From an uncultured virus (IMG/VR IMGVR_UViG_3300005239_000276) (Duplodnaviria; Heunggongvirae; Uroviricota; Caudoviricetes): a DNA stretch of 20,000 bases. The DNA is taken from IMG/VR virus record IMGVR_UViG_3300005239_000276. One strand, written 5' to 3'. The notes under the pieces were generated by a model that was not told the DNA's origin, did no database searches, and saw nothing but the letters and a program-made list of their open reading frames with translations. The translations under genes and the position numbers were made by a program. The number at the start of each line of letters is the position of its first letter. The first letter of the stretch is position 1. Of the stretch, positions 11,301 through 17,333 are shown in pieces.

Positions 11301-11513
11301 AGTAGAAACAAATTCATTATTAAATTTCTCATCAGTATAAAGTTTAAATTCATATCCAGATAAAGAAGAATCTGATAAATCAAATACTAAATTATTATTT
11401 TTAACTGGTTGTAATTGTGGATTAATTAATGCTATTGATTGTAAAGAACCTCCCGTAGAGGCAAAAGATACAACTGTTGGAGGATTTTGTTGTGAATCTA
11501 ATAAGTTTCGCAA
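5367..11513 (-). CDS. gp7: Baseplate wedge initiator gp7-like, C-terminal portion (probably one gene with 11498..16972, interrupted by a 1-nt frameshift)
   Basis: 2048-codon open frame between the gp7 N-terminal portion and gp8. It contains DNNYYQNLSYSIKS and the cyanophage gp7-type C-terminus GKYSWGRL...GLSTYPTIQRRG..IRKTGAL. The TTG 'start' at 11513 has no Shine-Dalgarno or late box and lies inside a repeat unit. Confidence 0.8.
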   Translation of the reverse strand: MRNLLDSQQNPPTVVSFASTGGSLQSIALINPQLQPVKNNNLVFDLSDSSLSGYEFKLYTDEKFNNEFVSTGSTDTFSVSGVGTVGVTSTASLTLNYTTQIPEKLFYTLVKDGELVTSDIETKNYSRIDFVNSDYNNSYVISEIGETTFNINLQKKPERISYSSEECDILEYSTTSTSPSGPVKNLNILSSGSRYKKFPVIKSTSSSLGKNLKVNLKSSKIGSIKETRIINDNFIYSSDTTLRPKANISPTIKIKNSKTIDNISVINGGNGYISEPNLIIIDSISGNVINSGFIKPILLESSIFSTEVVVKPKGVPDGNVEIISINNSNGISIEKVESSNSGIFTCTISTPINFGSSNFISQPFSIGDSVFVEGIIKNSSDGDGFNSSDYGYKFFKVSNYDNTGVNDRVTIDISDITTNTGIAQTDQFFTSSIINKNDYPLFDFSLEELNFFVGEKLSSNGIIRDLIVSESNKNDLKVSGLYELSVGEIIVGEDSGTIATIESVNLNNAMFDVKYSYLKNIGWDNDTGKLSENFQVIADNNYYQNLSYSIKSPITYKDQQSPVENLVHISGLKNFADTQIQKNTSAGLSTSTNNISITKNIIDKKYSYTINNFDKVLDVDVNDSKSKFLKFKNTILSDFIELKNTLNVLKIDDISDQFSSFVDENQDFFAIEQLENETYYNFLLRVTSDNDTKVQLTDVTILSNDKGTFISENESITTSGSTNLNFEIDLYGSFDLEIDEISENAKLVFKPNDQISLDTKYNIKLIKKTFENTGSTGIHTDRQSIGFIDLIESDVIESSSVGVGTTTIASLDSNSFESVYINSQVIDKVTSEMEYVRLYIVHNGVDTFLSEYYSDTSLMSSSSSGIGTFYANLDSGILSVSHENNSSNSIQIKSRIVGFGTTSSGIGTYRFKATGQLFDGSERSAIYDSNYTSTVSAAATTIDTIDKNTFNALKSLVQVSIGSTKVLHQIIIAHDGTSVYTKQLPFLSAFDNDFSGIGTFGGEISGDNAAIKFYPDADKTEQIEIEVFNEKLYTELDTASDYLNLNYGSIVEKVDEKIIKPIQSDFILKNNETPIFSKEFNPNSVALAATTGIFTIKNHFFRTGEELIYTPNSTFFGVGFSSITTPSGGLPSTVYAIKLTEDTFKIATSLTDAQSGIGTTFTSIGVGNAHKFTMKERSSKCIITIDDLIQYPLAYTKIKHDLIGNVGGQVELDTNIISLSGISTIVPNDILLVDDEYMKVINVGFGTTNLGPITNNGNINLVEVNRGFVGSSASTHLDSSVARVYKGSFNIVDSTIYFTEPPLGSIDIDTEFNSYSPRSSFTGRTFLKSNYSSNKIYDDLSDEFTGIGKTFSLRVGGANTTGIGTIGGNGFILVNDSYQSPKTDNNPSVFNYHISEDLVSGISSITFSGISNPNNPLEYITSDYDVNLNDLPRGGIIVSYGSSPGLGFAPLVGASVTSVVGAGGSIVSVGFGTTDNLGSGYNGLVSIGISVYEEGHVGDVASISASIGVGGTLSFTVGSGGTGYTNPKIFVSDPSYKNLPIVGVFRSGIGNTTEAGSGLLVDVELGGSTGIGSTYFEVTDFKFSRSGFNFKKGDIFKPIGLVTDSSLSSPISDFTITVEDVYTDSFSGWEFGELDFLDSIRQFQDGFRTRFPIFYNGQLTSFEPESGSEIENNISNLLIIFINGILQEPIVNYQFEGGTSLLFTEAPKPEDIVDIYFYKGVGSIDTEFVDVTSTLKPGDILQVKSSNLYSDISTQDERVIYNIKFSDKLETDKYSGLGIDEVKFRPISWTKQKTSKKINGQFTYKTRDSIEPLIFPTSRIIKDISTTDTEIFVDNSELFNYETDTPGFGDDSLPFNAIVINGISTEASGSIESITGFNNISGFSGIITGITTTTGTGGNPLALKFEIYDSNSPSFSGISTGYPIYIYDTQIGNGVTSIDSSDSAIVGIGTTFLDNIYYISDWSNNDNIGILTCNVKSDSNIIGINTNGNILNPIGKYSWGRLSGGTRSSNPISIGVTGNIVSGLSTYPTIQRRGIGIRKTGALPKIVL

Positions 11514-14500
11514 AATTTAATAATATTGTCATTAACTTTATAAACAAAATATTCATTATATCCACTATCTTCATAAAGAACTTTATCACCAGTCACTAAT
11601 TCATGATTTGAAATAGTAATTTCATTAGTTACTGTATTAATTCCTGTGGAATTGAATCCAACTGGATTAACTACAATATTATTAATTTCCGACTTATAAA
11701 GAACACGAACTGCTGTTGAAGTTCCAATACCCACTGAAAGATTTGGTTGAACATCTAATGTTATCGTATCTCCGTTTTGAAGTTCGTGAGATGTTGATAC
11801 AGAAACTGTAACTACATTCTTATCAACATCTCCAAGTATTTGAACGAAATTGGATTCTAATTTGTATTCATCATCATCATCTCCATTAGTATGAAAAAAT
11901 AATTCAGGACTAGAAATAGATGTTTTTAATCCAATTACATTACTATTTTTACTTACAACAAAAAGATTTGATGGTAGATTAAATGTGGAGGATCCATCTG
12001 TAGAAACAGCTACATTTGTCCCATTGGGGGTATAAATTATAGATTGATTTGTTTTGAATGGATGATCTTCAATAAAGATACCTTTCGATGGAATTTCTCT
12101 CGTTATACTTATATTACCAAATACAAATGATGTGCTATATCCAACACCATTTATTGTAGAAATTCCAACAGATTCTCTGGGATTAAAGAAAACTCTATCA
12201 TTCAGAGAAGATTCAAAATTATCTACAGATTTAGAAATTAAAAATGAATCTGGGAAAAACGACACTGCACTTCCAACATTGTGTATAGTTCCAGGAGATC
12301 CTCTTCTAACTCTAATAATATCCTGATTCTCAAATATTCCAATAACTTTTAAAGTTTCTGTTCCAATTCCAATACTGCTACCAAGAGATAATACATTAGA
12401 TATTGATATCGGAGAAACATATATTTCTGTGGTAATTCCAGATGAATTTATAGTAGAAAGACATCTACCCTGCGAATATTCAGGAACTTCTATTTTATGA
12501 AATCCGTTTAGTTCTGAAAGGTTTGTTGAAAATCCAGATACCAATACATAATCATTATTTGAAAGATTTTGAATAGGTAATATCGATACTCTAACTTTTT
12601 CCGAAGACTCCCATGTAAAAATGGAATTTGGATATGAAGATGAAGATGTATTTAATTCAGTTATGTCTTTTCCTTTAATTGAGGAAACATTTACATTTAA
12701 TCCACTTCCAGAAGTATTTGTTTCATCAAAATTAATTACATCTCCAACTTTATAATCACTACCAGAATTTTCAACTACTAAAGATTCAATTGGACCTGAT
12801 GTTGCAGATAATACTTCTATAGTTTGGTTTATTGTATCATTTGATTGAATAATGAAATCATAATTAGAATTTTTTTCAGATACTCTATATGGAAAAGTAT
12901 TTCTCAATAAGTTAGAATTTTTAAAGTCAAATGATTGATCTAAGTTTGAATCTGAAATTAATTCTGATTTATACTTATTACCAATAAAGTAAGGAAATGT
13001 ATTATTTGTTGCATGGTATGCATACACACCATTTGGAAATTCATCATTTACTTCATATCTACCATTATATTCATCCAAATCTCCACTATCATTAAACTCA
13101 AAATCTTCTACAAAAAATCCACTAAAAAACCCTGAAGGTCTATCTTCAACATTTGATACATTAATTCTATATCCAGATTTTAAAGTTTTTACTGGTGAAA
13201 ACTTATCTTTTGAATCTGAATATCCAAAACTTCCATATATGGGATTGCCATCGTAAGACCATCCAATAATTCCAGACAAAGATCCATCTTCTAAAAAACT
13301 AGATCTTAATTCGGAAAAATATTTTGATACTGAATATTGTAATTTATCTTTACCTTTTAATAAAACCTCTCCTGTATTAAATCTAACTTCATTATCATTA
13401 ATAGTTAATTTTCTTATATTTGGATCAATTATTAAACCATTTCCTGCAGAAATAACTTTAATTATTGTATTAGTTGAAGAATATCCGATTCCCGTGCTAA
13501 GAATTTTTACGTCTGTTATTTTTCCTTCATCTATTATTGCTCTCAACTCTGCTCCAGATCCATCACCAGAAACAATTAAATCTGGGACTGAAAAATATTC
13601 ATTATCTGAAAAATTAATAGAAACATCTATAATTTTTCCATTTACAATTTTTGGTACTATTTCTGCATTATTACCATTTTTTATGGAAATAATTGGTTTC
13701 TTGTTAAAGTTTAATATAGTTGAACCGTAACCTGTTCCAGACTCATAAACATAAGCATCTATAATACTGCCTCTAACTACTGGTGTTGTAATTAATTCCT
13801 TATATTCTTGAGTGGTACTTCCAACCCCTACAGGAGTATATTTAATTGAAACTGAAATATCTGGATATTTAAAATACTGATAACCAGTACCAGTACTTTC
13901 TAATAATTCATATTTTTTTCTTTCATAATTTGAGGTAATAGTTCCACCAATCCCAGTATTCGATAATCTAAAAGAATCATTATCAATTTTCATTACTTTA
14001 TATTGATTATTGGTTGTAATCCCACTTATTTGAGTATCATCATAAGAATATTCTATTATCTCTCCATCATTAAATCCATGATTTTTAAAATTGATAGTAT
14101 TTTTAATAGTAGATATTCCAGATGATTTCACAATCAACTTTCTATTAGTATAATTACTTCCACCTTCAATTACTTTTACAAACGCAACTTGTTTTTTTAA
14201 TGATAATGTACTAAATTTATGATCTCCAAAAGAACCAGAAAAAATTCCCACAGGATTCACTTTTGATATCTGATCTTCAAGTGAGTTATATAACGTTATA
14301 GATTTATTATTATCAACTTGAGCAAAATAAGATGAATTTCTAGGTAGATCTATAAAAGTAGATCCTACAGATATTTTTATAGGAGGATTATTTAATGGGT
14401 CATAAACAATTTCTTCCCCATTAAAAAAATTATGTTCCTCAAGAAACAAAATTTGATTTGTTGCTACATTAACTCCACCTCCAAGAGAAAGTTCATTAGA

Positions 14501-16972
14501 ATTAAAAGAAACATCTCTGAATCTTTTAATTAATATAGGTTCAATTGATGCTCCTGAACCATTTCCACCAGTAATATCAACAGAAACTATTTGATCAATA
14601 TTATAATTTTGAGAGTCAACGTATACTTTTTCGAAACTACCACTTACAACAGGATTAATTTTTGCAGTGGATCCTAATCCTACAGAAACTTCAATTAACG
14701 GTGGATTTATCACATCATAATTTTCACCAGATGAGAGAATATTTACATCTTCAATTGGACCATAATAAATTATATCTTCAGACTTATAATTATTAATTTC
14801 AACACCGTTTATTAAAATTCCAGTTTTTCCAGGTAAAGTGTTTTGTCCAGAACCATTTTTAATCTTATTTTCTAAAGGAATTTTTCTTAAAAGTTTTTGT
14901 ATTCCAAAAACTTCATCACTTTGAGAAAATAAAATGAATCTATCATTTCCAACTCCGGAAGGAGGTATAAAGAAAGTTTCACATAGACCAGACTCTATGT
15001 AAGATAATGATTTATATAACTTAAATTTTTGATTTCCTATATTTTCAATATAATAAGAACCAGCATTTAATCCAATTAAAGGTTCAGATTCTGGTTCATA
15101 AAGAATCTTATCACCAGTTATAAAAGGTAATGACTCTACTGTAATAGTGGAATATAGTTGTTTATCAGAATCAAAATCTGTAAGATTACTTATACTATTA
15201 ATACTAGTAGATTTAATAGTAGATTCTACATCAAAACGATAATTTTCAATAATTTTATTATTTAAATCCGTAAAATCTGACCTTATCTCAGACGGAAATG
15301 AGTTAGATGCAACATATGCATACTCATCATTATCTGTATATAAGTTAATAATATCAGATAATAATGAACTACTTTCAAAATTATAACCAGAAGAGTTTGC
15401 TTTATTTAACTTTCTCCTTATATCATATTTTTTATTTTGATCTAAAGATGGAGTATTTTTTAGACCTAAAGAATTATTATTAAAATCAATAGTTTGAATA
15501 TAAGCTGATTGATTTATTGAATGTGCGGAAATTTCACTATTTCTTTCTAAAATTTCAACTTCATCTCCAATCTTTAAACTAGATCTGTCAATAGTAGATG
15601 ATAGAGTTATATTATTATTATCTAAAATTTCATATCTTGTTGTGGTGTTGTATATAAAAGAATTTGCAAATATCTCTTTCCAATTTTTTCCAGTATTATT
15701 AATTTTATCTCCAATATTTTTAATTGAAAATTTATCTCCTTCCCCGACAATAAATTCATCACTTTCCTGCATTATATTATCAATTTTTCCATGAAGTATT
15801 AATTCAACTTTTTTAGAAGTATCTCCATCTTCATAAGAAAAATATGTATCACTAGATATTATATTGGAAGTTGCATCAATATTATTAACCCCAGTACATC
15901 CAAAAAATTGATTAATAGTTTTTCCTGTATAGTTAATTAAACTATTTCCTGAAGTCAGAGTTCCAAATTCAGGAAAATCTAAAGTAGAATCTACATTTAA
16001 AATGGATGATCCTACAGATACACTTTCTAATAATTTTGTATTTGGAGTAATTGCAAAATTTCCTTGAACAGAAGATTCTAAATTGTTTCCAATATAAATT
16101 TGTAATGTATAATATGTCTTACCATTTGCCGAAAAAGGTTCTATTTCAGAAATCGATGCATTAGTATTTAAATCTGTGGATTTAAATATAGTTTGTCCTT
16201 TTATATTTAAAGGGTTTCCAGATATAGATTCTGCAACAAAAATTTCTCTTCTTAAGTAATTTGCAGAAGATGGTTTAATTAGATAATTTTCTAAGTTTAC
16301 TACTGAAGCATCTTCACCAAAAATAACTTTAAAAAGAATTCTTACAGATTCTTCGGTTCCTTTGGATTTATAAAAATCTCTTACTCTTCTTATAAAATTT
16401 CCGACATCAAGACCTTTTGTTAAGGAAATATTTTCAAATCCCGGAGCAAAGGTAAATTTTAATTTTTTATAAAAATCTTTTAAAAATAATGTACTTAAGT
16501 TTTGAATAGAAGATTTATCAGAATGTTCTGAAGCAGTTGATGTAGAAAATACAAGTTCTTCACGATTCAAATCTTGATGATAATTTGTTACACCACTAAA
16601 TCCACGAATACATCCAGTAAAACTATTCGTTGTAATTCCAGTATAAGTTATTATTTCATCATTAATTTTTAATAGACCATACTTATTTGGAAATCCTTTG
16701 GTACTAGAAACCTCAATTGCAGTATCTTCATTATTGATTGCTCCAGTTAATGTTGCATCATCAAAAATAATCGAATCATTTAAGTTAGATAATTTTAAAT
16801 ATTCATCTATATTATCACTGATATCAATTGGACCACCTTGATATTCTTGAGAAATATAATATTGCTTTAAAAATTCAACCGCATTTGGACTATCATCGAA
16901 GATGAAATTTGGGAGTTGACTTTCAATAAGTTCTTGTACTTTTATTTTAGATTGAAGTCCAGTTTGTATCAT
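11498..16972 (-). CDS. gp7: Baseplate wedge initiator gp7-like, N-terminal portion (the joined gene 5367..16972 would encode 3868 aa)
   Basis: N-terminus IESQLPNFI...EFLKQYYISQEYQGGP and RDFYKSKGTEESVRILFKVIFG are typical of cyanophage gp7. ATG lies 1 nt after the gp6 stop. Confidence 0.85.
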   Translation of the reverse strand: MIQTGLQSKIKVQELIESQLPNFIFDDSPNAVEFLKQYYISQEYQGGPIDISDNIDEYLKLSNLNDSIIFDDATLTGAINNEDTAIEVSSTKGFPNKYGLLKINDEIITYTGITTNSFTGCIRGFSGVTNYHQDLNREELVFSTSTASEHSDKSSIQNLSTLFLKDFYKKLKFTFAPGFENISLTKGLDVGNFIRRVRDFYKSKGTEESVRILFKVIFGEDASVVNLENYLIKPSSANYLRREIFVAESISGNPLNIKGQTIFKSTDLNTNASISEIEPFSANGKTYYTLQIYIGNNLESSVQGNFAITPNTKLLESVSVGSSILNVDSTLDFPEFGTLTSGNSLINYTGKTINQFFGCTGVNNIDATSNIISSDTYFSYEDGDTSKKVELILHGKIDNIMQESDEFIVGEGDKFSIKNIGDKINNTGKNWKEIFANSFIYNTTTRYEILDNNNITLSSTIDRSSLKIGDEVEILERNSEISAHSINQSAYIQTIDFNNNSLGLKNTPSLDQNKKYDIRRKLNKANSSGYNFESSSLLSDIINLYTDNDEYAYVASNSFPSEIRSDFTDLNNKIIENYRFDVESTIKSTSINSISNLTDFDSDKQLYSTITVESLPFITGDKILYEPESEPLIGLNAGSYYIENIGNQKFKLYKSLSYIESGLCETFFIPPSGVGNDRFILFSQSDEVFGIQKLLRKIPLENKIKNGSGQNTLPGKTGILINGVEINNYKSEDIIYYGPIEDVNILSSGENYDVINPPLIEVSVGLGSTAKINPVVSGSFEKVYVDSQNYNIDQIVSVDITGGNGSGASIEPILIKRFRDVSFNSNELSLGGGVNVATNQILFLEEHNFFNGEEIVYDPLNNPPIKISVGSTFIDLPRNSSYFAQVDNNKSITLYNSLEDQISKVNPVGIFSGSFGDHKFSTLSLKKQVAFVKVIEGGSNYTNRKLIVKSSGISTIKNTINFKNHGFNDGEIIEYSYDDTQISGITTNNQYKVMKIDNDSFRLSNTGIGGTITSNYERKKYELLESTGTGYQYFKYPDISVSIKYTPVGVGSTTQEYKELITTPVVRGSIIDAYVYESGTGYGSTILNFNKKPIISIKNGNNAEIVPKIVNGKIIDVSINFSDNEYFSVPDLIVSGDGSGAELRAIIDEGKITDVKILSTGIGYSSTNTIIKVISAGNGLIIDPNIRKLTINDNEVRFNTGEVLLKGKDKLQYSVSKYFSELRSSFLEDGSLSGIIGWSYDGNPIYGSFGYSDSKDKFSPVKTLKSGYRINVSNVEDRPSGFFSGFFVEDFEFNDSGDLDEYNGRYEVNDEFPNGVYAYHATNNTFPYFIGNKYKSELISDSNLDQSFDFKNSNLLRNTFPYRVSEKNSNYDFIIQSNDTINQTIEVLSATSGPIESLVVENSGSDYKVGDVINFDETNTSGSGLNVNVSSIKGKDITELNTSSSSYPNSIFTWESSEKVRVSILPIQNLSNNDYVLVSGFSTNLSELNGFHKIEVPEYSQGRCLSTINSSGITTEIYVSPISISNVLSLGSSIGIGTETLKVIGIFENQDIIRVRRGSPGTIHNVGSAVSFFPDSFLISKSVDNFESSLNDRVFFNPRESVGISTINGVGYSTSFVFGNISITREIPSKGIFIEDHPFKTNQSIIYTPNGTNVAVSTDGSSTFNLPSNLFVVSKNSNVIGLKTSISSPELFFHTNGDDDDEYKLESNFVQILGDVDKNVVTVSVSTSHELQNGDTITLDVQPNLSVGIGTSTAVRVLYKSEINNIVVNPVGFNSTGINTVTNEITISNHELVTGDKVLYEDSGYNEYFVYKVNDNIIKFCETY

Positions 16973-16973
16973 A

Positions 16974-17333
16974 TTACTTTCTTATTAAATTTCCGTTTGA
17001 ATAACTTGATGTATAGAAATCATTGACAAATCTAGTTCCAGATATTTCATCTCCAGAAGAAATTACGTCTCTCAGAGTATTTATTGTACTTCTAGAAACG
17101 TTTAGTGATATGTATAAGTCCCTAAGTCCAATAACATCATTAGATTCTGGGAATGCTTGTATTTCTATGACATTATTAGAAACTGATGTTTCTGTTATAG
17201 TTATAGTCTCAATATTAATTTCTCCTTTATCATAATCAACTGTTCCTGCATTTTTAGAAACAATAACAACATTTCCATTAATATCAAATTTTATTAATGA
17301 AATAATTCCAGTTTTTATATTTAAAGATGCTGA
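16974..17333 (-). CDS. gp6: C-terminal 119 aa of gp6, in a shifted frame with no start of its own; not in the ORF track
   Basis: Open frame SASLNIKTGIISLIKFDINGNVVIVSKNAGTVDYDKGEINI...IEIQAFPESNDVIGLRDLYISL...YTSSYSNGNLIRK*. It has the gp6 GTVDY..G and PESNDV motifs and stops at TAA 16974-16976, 1 nt before the gp7 ATG. Confidence 0.85.
   Translation of the reverse strand, partial: SASLNIKTGIISLIKFDINGNVVIVSKNAGTVDYDKGEINIETITITETSVSNNVIEIQAFPESNDVIGLRDLYISLNVSRSTINTLRDVISSGDEISGTRFVNDFYTSSYSNGNLIRK
17078..17084 (-). promoter_or_regulatory. Candidate late promoter (ATAAATA) inside the 3' end of gp6, serving gp7
   Basis: ATAAATA within the I-N-T codons of the gp6 C-terminus, about 105 nt upstream of the gp7 ATG. 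Confidence 0.5.

Noticed and set aside
11498..11525. Programmed -1 frameshift like the tail-chaperone G/GT system, or TAG readthrough/recoded genetic code
   Set aside because: There is no canonical slippery heptamer in the allowed window. Reading through the TAG in the same frame meets another TAG about 22 codons later, so stop reassignment does not join the halves. TAG also serves as the normal stop of the 58-aa ORF.
5367..16972. Intein, intron or homing endonuclease explaining the size of gp7
   Set aside because: I saw no intein block motifs or LAGLIDADG/HNH/GIY-YIG signatures and no non-coding interruption. The repeat modules account for the length.
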